64,000 nucleotides of DNA from Phoronis australis (Eukaryota > Animalia > Phoronida). The DNA lies in assembly GCA_002633005.1 (NCBI GenBank), contig NMRA01000171.1, forward strand, positions 711,093-775,092. Reading direction: 5' to 3'. Positions within the stretch are counted from its first letter, which is position 1. Every line of letters begins with the position of its first letter. A program made the translations under genes and the position numbers. This document shows, one piece after another, positions 12,901 to 27,900 of the stretch. The notes under the pieces are model-generated. The model was not told where the DNA came from. It worked only from the letters and a program-made list of their open reading frames with translations, and searched no databases.

Positions 12901-15900
12901 AAAACCATATTTTTCTATATTGAGGAAAATGGCACCTATGATAGTGTACGCATTACAGTGTCGCACGTGCTGGGCAATATTATAGCCAAGCTGGATGAGA
13001 GAAGACACACAGTACATAACCACAAAATGTTATCGTGCCATACTTCGGTGAAAACGTTCACCATTGCCATCAGTTCAAAATGTGGCGATTGGAGCGTTTT
13101 GTTTGATTTATTTAAACACTAAAGTATTATTCACCACAAGATCAAAATCGGCAAAGCGCATTTTTATTGTTTTGCAAAACGTTATATTTGTCTCATGCGA
13201 CGCTGACTACAATCTTTCAAAGAGCCACCGTCCGAGAGGAGTAGCGAGAACGGAAACGATTCAAAAGGCGCACAATTTCACGTGTGAGCGTCAGCCTAGT
13301 GCACATGTCCTGGTTTGCACGTTTGTCCCAAAACAAATGATCTGGGAAAGAGCAGTAAACGTATATTGTTTTACTTGAATTAGTCACAAAACACAAACTT
13401 GTGAAGAATGCTTCGATTTAATACGTCGTTATTGTACTAAGATATCCGATTACTATAACGTCCAACAAAAGCTCACTTAAAATGCTTAAGGAATCTAAGC
13501 CTGATTTTTTGTCGCCATTGAAGCTTGGTTGATGCAATTTCCGGATTTTAGTCGAAGTGCGCGCACCAATGAAAAGAAATTTTTTATCAGAGACAATGGC
13601 TATGCATTTGACCAAAATACTTTTTTTTTCTTTCGAAATTTTAATAAAAATATCGAAGTGTCTGATCGACAGTCATCAAAAACGCTGGCTTTCGGTTGAC
13701 GGTAAAAATAGTCTAATCAGACGTTATTCAAGTCACCTTTTGGCAAAAAAGGTTCCTTAACAATTTGAACGTGACCCGATCCCGTCCCAGTTTTTTTTTG
13801 ACCAAGCTACTACGTAAGTAGAACAGCAAGTGAACGGGGAAACAAACCACCTAGCCTTTTACCACTAAAAACAATACGATCACCGACACCTTTTGAGTAG
13901 TTTTCTAATGTCTCATTTCAAATTGAAACAGTTAGTTGACTTTATAAAAACAGAGTGCGACCGGATAGCTACTGTTTCATCAGGGTCAATTTGCTCGTGG
14001 TATTGTGATATTAAAACACGCTATGGGACCAAACATAAAGTCTACTCCAAAGGTGGTGTTGAAATTAACTTGAAGTAAGCATAATAAACTTGAAAGGCGG
14101 GAACTGGAACGCCTGCGCTACATGACAGCCGACGATATCGATTTTTGAACGCGAGCGTAGCTCAGCTGCCCCAAAGAACTAGAAAAGTGTGCGACTGTCG
14201 AGTGCGCTTGAATGGACCGCTCGTACAACATATCTATGAGGTATTTAATGACAAATACCGTAAATGTCCGTGTACGATAGAGCGCTTACAACAGATTATT
14301 TGTTAATTTCACATCTATTGGCGTTTATTGGAGATCCGGCGTTTATTATCTATCAGACCAGAAAAATCACCGTTGCTAATCGTTCGCTCCAAGGTCGTGA
14401 TAAGTTGCTACATGTATCTCACGCATATCACATGATTTATAAAATATTATACGTGTATGTGCTCCACTTTTGGCACTCGTTGTTTCGTTGTTATGTATAT
14501 AGCATGCAAACCGGCGTACATTAGAGACCGGTTTCTACGTTTATTAATTTCAGGGTACCAAATTGAATTGCTTCTATTGGGAACCCGATTTATTACTTGG
14601 CGGAATTCTTCGAATTCCGACAAGTATGTTGCTCTGTCGTCATTTTTTTTTGTTCGCACTCTACAGGTCGCAATTTTCGTCTTATTTTCACGAAATTTGC
14701 ACACAACGTGTAGATCAGAAAGTCCTGGAAGCCTATTGTTTTTGGTCATGATCAAATACAAAATGGCGGACGTGGCGGCCATTTTGTATCCGATTTCACA
14801 GTCAAATGCTCGTAGAGGCCGCATTTTTCAACGTACATGGCTGAAATTCGGTACGATTATAGTAAAACGCATGTGCTACAAGTGTGCAGAAAATCTTTGA
14901 CTTCCGGTCAAAGATGGCGGAAATATTGGAAGTGGCGCATGCGCACCCCGAAATATGGCCAAAAACGTTTTCTCATGTAGAGGGCGCATTTGCGAACCAA
15001 TCACTTTCAAACTGCTCACGTGTTTGTTGAGTTTAATAAGCTTTTATAAAAGTTTATTGAACCGGAAGTCACTTTCAAGATGGCGGCTGTGGCGCATGTT
15101 CATATTAGAATGTTAGAGGTACAAGTCGGCGGGTGCAGTTAGATTCCAGAAATCAAATAAAAATGCAACGCCCTGGAACAAATTTTTCCGAAAATATGAC
15201 CAATCATACCTTTTTCTGCCGACCAACATTGACCACAGGCGAACACGTTTTTGGTCTTTGTTGTTGGAGAGGACTTATGACAAAGTTTCGCCCGGGTACA
15301 GGGGTAGGAGAATTTCATGTCAGGTGGGCACCACTTCCCCGTATATTTACATTAGATGCTCCCCAGCCTAAATTTTACTCAAGTCGGGGGGGGGGGGCAA
15401 TTGCCTCTAACCCCTACCTAATAGACCTACGAGTCCGTGGTGACTATAAACATTCCGAAATTAGCTAAATGTTGGCTGTCTAAATCAAATCCAAGGATTT
15501 GTACAATATGCTGTTAAGTCCATGCAAAAACCATTCCACGAAAAGACATGAATTAATAATAAAACAAACAGCTCCATCACCCATCATCCAATCGCATATT
15601 TAAGATGTCACACGGAGGGGGGGGGTGCAATTTAAACTTTTGAACACAAATGTTCGCGTGAATTCTAAAAAATAACATGTCGTAGGCGTTTTGTTCTTCG
15701 TTCTTTTCGGGATCAAGTAGGTTGGGCCGGGCCTCCTGTGAATTCAAACATGATCTTCGTCAAATTGGTGCGTTTACCTGAAGAAAGTTAAATTTACTGC
15801 TCTCCAGAAAACACCAAAAACAGCTCAAATCCACCAGATGAAAGTCAATAAGTGCATAATGTTACTTCTTGGTGAATCAAAGTAAAGTCATCACAAGACT

Positions 15901-18900
15901 ATACTCCTGGTAACTCTGGAAGAGATTGTAGAAGCAAGAAATAACAGCGTTTTTTGCATAAGCGAGGCCTACCGTGGTACTCATCTCCGCAATGTTGCTT
16001 CAAAGATATGATCTCTGTTGGCCCAAAGTCTGTGACCTTAAGTACCCATCGATTGTCTACAACACAGTTTGAACTCTTCAATCGCCCATGAGATTTCAGT
16101 TTGGAGTTGTGCAAGTATGACATCCCCTGTGAATATTCAAATGTAAACAAAACAAAAACCATTAGTGCCAGGAAATATTCTAAATAATTGTGCACGAGTA
16201 ATAACATATTAAAGTATATCAAAACAATCCTTATCATGTTATTTTATTTCCAATCAGCACATGAGTCATAGAATAACGTGGCCATTTTACGTACTATATT
16301 TTAAAAATGCTTAAATTAAAACTTTCACTTACAATTGCGTTCATATTATTATCATCACCGTTATTAATAATATTATCATTACCGCTACTGTTGCTGTTAC
16401 TCAAGCTGCTGCTGCTGGTGCTGATGGTGGTGGTGCTGCTGGTGCTGCTACTGCTGCTGCTGCTGCTGCTACTACTACTATCACTACTACTATTACTACT
16501 GCTACCTTTCCTTTTAAAGTTATAACAGCACACAAATAATTTTAAAACCGACTTAAGGATCTAGAAACCAGTCTCAAGCCTCTAGCATTATAGTCTAGGG
16601 GGATGTAAGAGAGGCGTGCTCTACTACTAGTCCACAGTTCCTCCTCGAGGAAGCGTTGCTTTTACAAAGATGGGACGTGTTCGAAAAGGAACAAACTCTG
16701 TTCATCTGATCGTTAATAAGAGGATTTCGAAACTGAAGAAACTTTACCGTCACAACGCAACTGTCTGATCTTAATATCGTCAAGAGGAAAGAAATGAATT
16801 GAAACTTGTTCGTAAAGTTCATTAGTCACATTTTCAACAAATCAATGACTGTCACTACAGTGTACTAATTCATTAAGGATACTAGCCAAATAGATGAGGA
16901 CACAAGGGGCCTTATACGTGCATGACCATCGGACAAATAAACAAATAAATAAAGACTCTTACCGCCGTTAAATCACTTATGAAAGAGCATCTGAAAATCC
17001 AATCCAGCGAAATGTCCGTATTGTCTAAAATTTCCTGAAAATGGAAATGGATGCTAATCAACAGAGTAATATAGATCTACAACAATAGAAAATGAGGTTT
17101 AAACGAATTAGCTACGAATTTATAAACAAGTCTTCATACCTTTTGATTCAGGCCACTAGCATGTATTATCAAGAAATTGATGCCAAGCTGTTATTGGTCG
17201 GATTGGACTGATCTCTGGAAAACTGACAGTTCGTCCATGCATAATACCCGGCACAAATAAGTTGCTTAGTAACCCTCCAAGTAAAAATGAATACATGGCG
17301 TTCTTACCTCAAGGCTGCCCTTTTCACAGAATGCGAAAACCAGACAAAAATTCGGGGATTGAAGACTAGCGCCGACAAAGGAGTTGATATTATCGTGCAC
17401 CATATCGCGCATCTGGCAAAGAAGAAAAAGCTTAACTGATTTAACCCAACGACGTATGACTTGGGCATTCAAACATACTAAATAAAGTATATAGTTGTCA
17501 TTTTACAAACACTAAAATTTACGCGAAAATTTGAAAACGGCAATGCAGTTTCGTTTATCAATAAGAACAATGAGACATATCGCAACCATAAAGGTGGTAT
17601 TCATAATCGTGGTATTTTCGAAGGGTGACCTTACTACAGCAATGAAGCTAATAAGGACGGTCTTTTGGTACGGTTGACACTCCCCCGGCTAAACTACCAC
17701 AGCTGGTCCTACTAGTGTGGGTAGTTTATACTGCGATGGATAGTACAGCTGAATATTTGGCGTCCCGTGGGCTCAAAGCGTAGTCGGGATCTCAATCGGT
17801 GATGTGCCGGGCGTAAACCATGGCGACAGGTACACATTACTGACCCAATGTGCGTAAACGTCTTTTCCGGAGACCATAGACTTTCTTCGGGAAATCTACG
17901 GTATTTTGGGGTGAAACTCTTGGTTTTTCATATGCACTTGATAAAATCATCTGATTGACTCAACGGAGGTGAACCTCCGTTGGCTTTACGTGAGGACACG
18001 CTAGTGAATGAGTAGAATGCTCTTTTGATCGTTCACCAATTTTTATTAACAACGAGACTAATTATAAAGTTTGGAGAAAACCCGGAAGAATATCATAAAA
18101 TTTTCATCAGCTTCCCAGGATAACGATCACGAGAAATAACTTTTTCTTTGGGGACTGAGTGCGTTTCACAGAGTATAGATGATGTGATGTCTAGGTGCCA
18201 ACAACACTGCCCATTAATGGAAATTATTTTCTCACCAGCTGCAGTTCCACAAGATGATGTCGTTTCAGCTCAAAGCGCGTGCAGTTGAGCATGTGCATGA
18301 TGACTTTACTTCCTTTGTACACAAAGCAATTATTATAGAGTCTATCACTGTGAATGGAAACAGCTGATGACGCAAAGTTCCCGTCATTTACACTAGCTTT
18401 AGACATCGATGTTCTCCATTTCTTAAAAAGAAGAAAGGCTCCATTAGGAATGTCCAGTCATGAAGACGCAGGTGTTTAGTCACACATTCATTCATAATAA
18501 AATGAAGGCATGAAGAGTAACAACAACAGTAACACATTAAATATCACTCAGCAACTTGATACTACCTAGCATCGCTTTTTTGTACTCTGAGTACACGAGC
18601 TACATTGGAGAAAACATTGCGGAGCTTTTCTCAAATGCTCTGTGAAAGCCCTTGGGTCCCCCCGCATTGGAAGGGTCGGTTAGGAGGGATGAACCTCAAA
18701 TTTCGGGGGACAGGTGTCGTCTCGAGTGGACATTGTGTCCTCAGGTGGGCATTTTGCCATTTCACATATTGTGCATCTCTGCTGGGTAATTTGGAGGTTC
18801 TGAGGCATCGTCTCGAGTATTACCAATTACGAAGGGGGGGGGGGGGGGGTNNNNNNNNNNNNNNNNNNNNNNNNNNNNNNNNNNNNNNNNNNNNNNNNNN

Positions 18901-21900
18901 NNNNNNNNNNNNNNNNNNNNNNNNNNNNNNNNNNNNNNNNNNNNNNNNNNNNNNNNNNNNNNNNNNNNNNNNNNNNNNNNNNNNNNNNNNNNNNNNNNNN
19001 NNNNNNNNNNNNNNNNNNNNNNNNNNNNNNNNNNNNNNNNNNNNNNNNNNNNNNNNNNNNNNNNNNNNNAAATCCGCCACTGCTTCACTACTCGAGGATA
19101 ACAAAATCCAAGTCAAAACCTTCATAACTGTCCATTGTGTGAGTCGGTGATGGTTTCAATTTTGTTGTTGATAACGAAAATATATCCCTGTCAGGGTTAC
19201 CGCATGAGACCCATTCTGTGAGCTAAACAGGGCGAAACGCGATTCTAGAAGAAAATAATCGGTTATCGTATCACTCAAAGAAAAGCTGCGCCGCCGGTAG
19301 TGGTTATATATGCCGCTATTGTGCCTTTGGTTATTGTTTCAGTACTTTGACGACACAGATTAAGGTAAAATATCACCAATACCTGACATAACAAATATTC
19401 GCCAAATTTGACATTTGATCAGATATTGCTGTGAAAGCCCCCAATGCTTCAAGACAAGTTATGGTATGTACTTTACAATGGCAAATCATGTATTCGGTAA
19501 TACGTATCGCTTATGAAAATAATAGAATTGAAAAAGTTCCCTTTTCCGTCATATTCACGGGGGTCAACCTTCTCACACGGCCTGCATGGTGTTTTCACTA
19601 AAATTGCTGTTGAGGATGAAGCAATACTGTACAGCTTGTAAACAAATAAATGCGTTAATGAGAAAAGGACGCTGTTAATGAAAATGCACGGACGGACCGT
19701 ACGGGAGGAAGATTGGCAGCCCTGTAATAGCGTCCTAAATTGGTGGGAGTAATTTTACAATATTTCTTTTTGGTGTTCTCACATTGAATTCATACCGTAG
19801 CTAAAAGGTGCCATAAAGCTCACGTTTCCTTGTTTACACGTTCAAATGATACGCGCGTAATTTTTATTCTTTTTGTAACGTTTCGCTCCTATGTGTCTCT
19901 TACTCGAGATACAGGTACATAACAAATCACTGTCTTTTTGGAATACGGTATGCGTAACTAAAACAGATCTAATTTACAAGTGCATCGTCTGCAGACATCC
20001 CAAAAATTTGCACATATGAGCTACTACCGTCATGTGGATGACCATATAACTTAAATGATATAAATGCCGATTCCTCGCAGGCAGTAAAACACGGGAAAAT
20101 ACCTTAGATGGTAACCTTTTTAATTTTTCGCTTACTCCGTCAGTTTTCCACTGGTGAATTACTAGTAATTGGTGCGTAGGAATCCGCCAATCAGAAGGAA
20201 TCCAGGCAGTACGACACACGTGACCAGTACGACACACGTGACCGGTGCGGAAGCGATAATTTCCCCTTACATTTTTTCGATATTTACCCAAACTTTTAAC
20301 ATTGTCATTTGTTTATTATCCATCAAAACTAACATTGTGGACATTTTGGGACTTTTTGTAGGCTACTTTATACTTTATGAAAAGTTACAAAAAAGCTTAA
20401 CAGGTATTAGGCACATTTGTGTCCGAAAGATGAACATCAAGTCGTCTATAGGGCCCAAACACTCATCACCAACAAAATTATCAAGAATTCCGAAATCATG
20501 CCAAACTACTATCAAATGGCCCGTACGAATGGAATACGATAAACAGATTTATTGAGTTTCATGAGTGGCAACACAAGTCTCTCCTTAAATTTTTTGTGTG
20601 CATATTTTTGTTATTTCAAGTCTAATATCAGAAAGATAATTACCTTTCTGTTAATAAACTATTGGATTAGTGACCATGTATGAACAAACACAGATTTATA
20701 CAGTCCGTCTAAATTACCTGAGTTTTAAATGAAACAACGGCGTCGCAGTCGACATGCCAGCTTCTCTTCAGGATTTCTGCCTCAAACCGCTTTTGTCTAT
20801 GAAAAGAAGTTGAGGAAAGTGCGTGAAACATCAATTTCACATTCTGGTGTGCAAGCCGTGGCAAGTTGACAAGGACGAAACTCATTTTTTGCCATTCACG
20901 AACATTTTCAGACGTTGCGCATTAATGCATGAAGCATTTTTTAAAATACCCCACCGCACAACAGTGGCAATTCAGCGACATGATGGTCGCAAAGAATTTG
21001 TTTTCTCTGCATTAAATCAAAAGAATACAAAAACGCGTAACGCTGTCCACGCTATCGTACAGTGACTCAGTTAAGACATTGAAGGAAAAAAGGCTATTCC
21101 AAAAGCACATTACTAATCTGCCCGGGTGGATTACTAATGTGCCCAGTCGGATCTCGGTAGTAATCAGTAATCTGCCCGGGCGCGATAGCATTTTTTTTCT
21201 AAAACGTCCTAGCGGAGTCACCATATGTGTTAAGGCTAATATTATTGACACAAAATGGAGTACGACGGACCTTCATATGGTAAGAAGTAGCCAAAATATA
21301 AAAGACGGAGCAGAAATGGGCGGGGATGAGATGGGAAGAACGGGACATCTTTTCATTTTTCCACCATTTAAAAAGACGTTCAAATTAATATGTTCTACAA
21401 AAATAAAAATGATTAATCTACTATCATATTGCGTTCCTTAAGCTGTGCTAAGTCGTTGTCGTGTCGCATGAAAAACGTTAGCTTAGAATTCACAGAACTC
21501 CCGATGCACGCATTCAGGAAATCACAGTTGATTATAAAAGCTCCCGAAAACGAGGCACGTTTCCACAAATATTCAACGCAACAAAAGGTGATAGTAATCA
21601 CTTCAACTTTTGATGGAGTACTAATAAACGCACTACTTTCACAACCCCGTCCTTCCCATTTCTTTCCTTTTTGTTCTCATTTTAGGTCCGTCCTCCCCAT
21701 CCACAGCCCGTACCTTTTAATACATGATCAAGCCTAAACAGGAAGAAAGTATTAATGAGCATGTACTGTGGCCTTGCGTGAAATAGCTTTTCGAACATCT
21801 GACTAAAATAGCTAAACAAGCACCTGTGGTGATAAGGGTGCCTTAGAAGTTAATGTCTATATTTCAAAAGAGATGTTTCTGGCGTTCCAAAATGTTTGTG

Positions 21901-24900
21901 GGTTATACTTTATCTGAGCACAAGTCATACTGCCCCAAACTGTGTCTCAAAATAAACAAGTTTGTGTTGCTTAAGTCCACCGAAACTCTACTTTCAAGGT
22001 TTTTAAGAGGCAGTCGCGAAAGTTTTTAGTGGAAACTACACCGACACTCCCCTTAAAACCCCGTTCATATGATAGTGTTCATCAAAATCGAACCAGGGGT
22101 TATTTTGGTATCAATGTACCATTCTTAACCACATCGAAAACTCGATGTCCACTTTCAAGACTTCAACGTTATGTCCATATTTGGGGAATCCATTGACTCA
22201 AACCAGCCTAGACCTAATGCAAGATTTTGACTAATTGGAAGTTGAAAGATAATTCTGAACGTTGTGTATTCTCTAAATTTCTGTTCTCATCTGATTGTGT
22301 TGTTTCTACTAGCAACTAGCATACTTACTTCAATACATGGTATGTAAGGGCAACGGCCAGGGACGACAATGCCAACACAGACAAAACAATTATCGCCACT
22401 GCAGCTTTGCTCAAGGCTGAAATTGAATTAGAGTTGTCGCGAAAGTTTCGTAAAACCTGTCATCTAATTAGGCTCTGCTTCAAAGTAATGTAATAGATCG
22501 ACATTAACCTTTAAAATAATCTTTGTTGACAACCAGTAGGTCATTTAACACTATCAGAAACTCTGTATCACGAGACACCCACGGGATGGCAAAACCGGAG
22601 ATAATCAGAATAAAGAGCAATTTGCACAAATTAATTGCAGTTGCATCAATTATAGAACAGTCACCTTTATAGCCTTGGTGCAAAGTTGTGTACTAATATA
22701 TTTTGAGAAGCTGGCAGGCTGTCATCTTTACAACTTTTTAAAGATTCATTATCGCACGTACGACACAAGAACTTAAATAATGAAATAGTGGAATATAAAA
22801 ATATGCAAAGCACGACTTACCAAATTTCTGGCAATGTTCGTTCTGGAACCCACAAGGGGGAGTGTCAGGTGGCATCTTGTTGTTGTTCAGAAACCACACG
22901 GGCCTCTGAAGTATAGTAACTTCCTGTCAAAGAACACGAAACGTTTTTGGAAGACATTTCTGTGATCAAGATGACAACTTTTTGATAGTTTTGCTTGGCG
23001 TAAAAATAAAACCAAAACTGTTTCATCAAAACGAAACATGAACCATTGCCAAGTGCATCGAATATAGCTATTCTAACAGACATTTTAACTGATAAATGGT
23101 CCCTGCCACAAGTCCTCCATAGGAATCTCCTTCCAAAGTGAAAATATAACACCAAAACTTAACCAAAATTAACGCGTCCCATGTGAACTCGCTATCCAAT
23201 ACAATCATCATCTAGTGCTGCTTCCCAACCAAGTACTAAGTACAGAGCTCTAGAACTTTCAAGTTCTCAAAAGGCCTTCATCTTCAGGCTCTAGCAGAAA
23301 CAAATGCATGGTTCCAACTAAAAACTAGAATCAATCAAATGCAGTCAATGAAACACGAATTTCTTGCCAAGAAAATAAATTACACTGATCTTGGACAAGA
23401 AACACGTACCTTCAAGTGGTCGCAATAATGTATCAAAAAGCGTTTAAATATCAGAATTTATGAAACAAAAATCTATACATTTATGAAGTACACAAACTAA
23501 TAATGACCCCACCTCTACCGCCGTTTCTGTTGTGTCGACAAGAGCCACGGGCTCAAATAATGTGGAATTTCTTAAGCCCCAGACCCAAAAATCTGGGTTG
23601 CGGTCACCATTGCGGTCGAAGTGAACGGTCCCCGACATTCCTAAAGGAAAGAAACGACGCAAGTGCATTTAATATTAAAACGTAAACCTCGATCACAATA
23701 CAGTCGTTAGTTTATCACCGTAAGCTGAAAAGTGTGTCCAAATCCTTACACTGCTGTGGCGCTGTTGGTGCCTTTCACTCGCTATAGTAGCCGACATGTT
23801 TACATGTATTTCTTTGTTCATTTCCCATTATGTAAAATCATTACCAGTGGCGGATTTAGAGGGGGGCCAAGGGGGCCATGCCCCCTAAAATTCTCCCAGT
23901 TTCCATTTGGTTGTACGGGGCTGCGAATGTCTGACGGGCAAAATCCTGGCTAATGCTGTGCCCTGACCCCTCCTAACTAAAATCCTGGATCCGCCCCTGA
24001 TTACAGTGCAATATCATCACCATCATCACCGTCGTCTCTATTAACGTTGTCATCTTCATCCTCGTCATCATCTATCATTGTCGTCACGGATATCTTAATT
24101 ATTAACGTCTTTTAATTAAATTTCCACGTGTCATTCTCTACAGCGCCTTCGTCTTAAATCATTGGAGTATATATACCATTTGAACAAGGCAAGATGATCC
24201 ACAGACATTTACTATAAACCAGAGTTCAAGCCTTGGGGAACTTTGCAAGAGTTAAAATTCATGCGCATAAGCACCTAAGGCAGAAATATGGTCTTAATTT
24301 TCCCACTTCACACTTGTCGAGAAAAGGACTAGCCGAGTATATGAGAGCGCATAAAAGTGACAAGTAGTTATAAATAAATTCTCAGAGACTTTGCACTTTT
24401 GCACAAGTGAGATTTAATTATTTTTTCAGAAATAGTTGTGTGGAGCGAAAGACCAAATTCCAGTCTTAAAAGGTCTTTAGGAAGGCCTTTCATGAAACAG
24501 ACTCTAGATGTCGCCTGGTCATTAGTTTTCATGCTTTTTGGCCAATGTGATAAGTCATATACATACACACAAAAGTATATGCGAAATGCTTGGCTACCGG
24601 GTCATACCGGAGTTTTCCGTAGATAAGCCCATCTGCGTGTATTCGGAAAATTTTCAGGCATTTCAGTAACACCAAATAAACGCCCGGGCGGGAGGGGAGT
24701 GGAGGGTGTAAAGGGAAAGTCATAGCCTCGTCTGATATGAGAATATCAGCGTTTTTTGCATAAAACTGTGTTTTTTAGTTTTGAGTTAATGAATATTTAG
24801 TTTGCTAACACTGTGTTCGTTTTTAAATGCTCCACAAAATTGAATTTGTGGCTATTTGTTGACGCTGAGTGGGCTTTTATGAGGACATTTTCGAATAAAC

Positions 24901-27900
24901 GCCCCACTATCTAGACAGTACAGACACCAGAAGTTGTAGCACCAAATAAACGCCCACCGTGCGTCCGTCAGACCTTCACCTCCAGCATTTAGACACGATC
25001 TTTAGGGTTATTTATGAAACATAGATGTGACAGTCACCGCAAATAATAACAAAAATACTCTGGGCTTTATTTGTTTGGTCCATAAATATTTACTAGCAGA
25101 ATGAAGAAATTGTTATTTACTTCAAGCTCTAAAATAAGCAGATTTCCTTCAGTGACCAAAGTAAAGGATAAAACTTCAACTTTGAAATCACTATTAAACA
25201 AGATGGCTGCAGCCTCACATGACTTTGACCATTTCGGATCTATGCACGAATCATGCATTCCTCTAAGGCAGTGAAATTAGTATCTTGTAGGCATTAAAGG
25301 TTGTATGCTCCCTGTTGCATATAAAGGAAAACATTAGGACTTTTCAATCCTCGTTATGTCATTTCCTAATGCACCATGGGCGTCAATTTCAAAAGGTAAA
25401 AGCAGGATTCAACAAAAACCTATACTCCGTATGTCAGAGATTGGATATTACAGTTCGTGGTGGATGGTCTTCCGTCACAGTTCGCTAAAAGCGTAGCTCA
25501 CGCTTGCCTGTTTATCAGATTTTGAAAGGATTTTTCAAATTTCCCTCCAAACTTTTGAGGCTTGTTGCGGGTTATTAGAGCATTATTTTGTTTCAGAGAA
25601 TTGAATGGGAAAAGTAATAATAATAGCTGTTCACATACCAAAACCCATGTTTGGTATCCTTTCGAGTCGCCTTACATCATACAAAGATAATTGAACTACT
25701 TTGAAATTAAAACTTATAGGCTTAATCAATAAATACAGACAAATCTTTGGGTATGACATGTGTTCTAAACATTGGACCCACAATAACTCTCGACCAATGT
25801 TTATTATTAAAGCATGAAATTATCTTATATAAGTGGTTCTGACTCATTTTTATACAAACGGCTCTACTTTACCACCCAGATGACCTATTATTCACGTACA
25901 ACTCATTATTCACGTGATCCTTTCGTTCGGAGAGCTGTCATTGCAACTGACGCCTATCTTCATTCGTACATTTTCATTCTCAATTATTACTCAAACTCCT
26001 TCTCTATGACCCCATGGCTGTTCAAAACCTCAATGTGCCTCAAGAACTTCTGACCTTTCGACTTCCCTGGCACCTTCAACTATCTAGTTATACAGTCGTG
26101 TACATCGGCATATTCATGACTACCACTCCAAACGTGCATATCACCTACCTACGTTACCTGACTCTTCCACTAACATTAGCTTCCTACATTGCCTACCCTT
26201 TCTCATCCGGCTTCATCTCTTCCACTATTTCCACTTATGTTTCTGCTCTTGCAATGGTTTCACCCACTAAATTATTCTCTTCTTGATCCCACTTAGTCTT
26301 TCAAAGGTGTGTCCAAATCCCGGTTCCATTTTGGCACCCGTCGTCCTAAACCTATCCTACAACAACGCCTTCTATCTACGCCCTCAGCTCCTGTTTCCGC
26401 CATGTTCAGTATTACCTTCGATGCACTTCAGCGCGTCAGCTAATTTGAAGTTCCTACTTCATTCTCACCACCTTATTCCGTTCTCCAAGTCTCTGATGTT
26501 ACCTTCTCCTCCATCTCACTATCTATCCCTCCCTATCTTTCACTTGAAGCATCATGACCACACCCCAAATAACTTCACCATACCTCGTTGTAACCACCAG
26601 CACTGTCCTGTAACCATTCTCTTGCACTATCTCAACCTGTCCAACCACTCATCTGGCCACCTGTTCCAGTTACTAGGTGGTTCCCCTATCATTCGGGCCT
26701 GCTTCACCCGCAACCTTTGTCTCGTACTAGAGCGTACGGGTCTCGACCCACGTCGTTATATACCTCACAGCTTCCGCAGGGGTGCAGCCACCTCATCGGC
26801 GGCCCTAGTTAATATCCCAGACTTCACACTGCAGCGTGTGGGACGATGCTGTCCAAAACTACATCGGCCTTTCATCTCCTTAGCTGTCACAATTCTAAAT
26901 CAACATCCACACTGGCTCCATTTCCCTCATCACCATCTGCCTTCACGTTCCATTTACCACCTTCACCACCATTCCATCCTCGTCGTCAAACTTTCACTTG
27001 GGCAACTGCCAGTTTCCTTATACCCCTTGTGGCAACTGTGTTGCCAGTGTCTATTTTTTCCCATTTTTTCAACATTTCCTCCTTGTTGCCTTGACAGCAC
27101 GTTAAAAGCTTTGGGTATTAACTATCCAGCTGTAACAGGAATGATCTCATCTCTGTCCCTGTATTAGCATGACACCGGGTTGGTCATCGTCGGTACTAGT
27201 ACATTCGTATAATTTGATCATACCTTATTTGGTCAGGAACCATCAAGTCCAAGAACTTTAACTTGGTGACTTGTCATTGGCCCGGTTTTTCCTGTGACAC
27301 CCTCTATAAATAGCGGGCCACCTCGTGGTTTCAGGAGTTCGGTCACTCATTCTAGCGTCGTACAGACGCGACATTTTGGCTCTACCACATTCAACCGAAG
27401 CAGAGCTTGCAGTTATGAATGCGTAAGTCCACTTAGGTTTAGCCCCTTAAACATTTCGACTATATATCTAAATTCACCCCTATTTACTCCTAAAGCAAGT
27501 GATCGTTCTCGTATAAGTTATCCCCGCAGAACGCTGAGGTTTCATCGTCCAACAACTAAGACGCAGCAATCACAACGCACGCCCACCGCACTTAAACCCT
27601 AGAACAAAGACGACAATGTCCGACAACGCTACTCAGGATTGCCTGTGAGTTAACGTACTAGCGACTGTATTGTTTTGTTTAGTTAATAAATGCTGCATAC
27701 TATATACTACAACTTGGCGATTGTTTCTTTTGACTTAAAAGTACGTTCGTTTTTAACACTAAAATAGTTCACAAAACCTGCCCCCGGCTCGATAACGAGA
27801 CGCTCCGAGCGTCACGATTACACACTTAATCTTTCTCTGGTTCCCGGGCCTTTGCTTGTGCGGTCCAGTGCCGTAGCTTGGCAACTCTATTGCCAGTACC

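Noticed and set aside
14447-14900. 125-147 aa antiparallel ORFs
   Set aside because: They lie in a non-autonomous repeat and have no recognisable motifs or splice context.
16294-16533. Poly-Ser and poly-Leu ORFs
   Set aside because: Translations of a trinucleotide repeat in intron 14.
16555-16645. Possible tRNA/SINE head on the minus strand
   Set aside because: Only a degenerate A-box-like motif; no convincing B box or cloverleaf.
18605-19150. 181-aa ORF
   Set aside because: Open only because it runs through the N gap.
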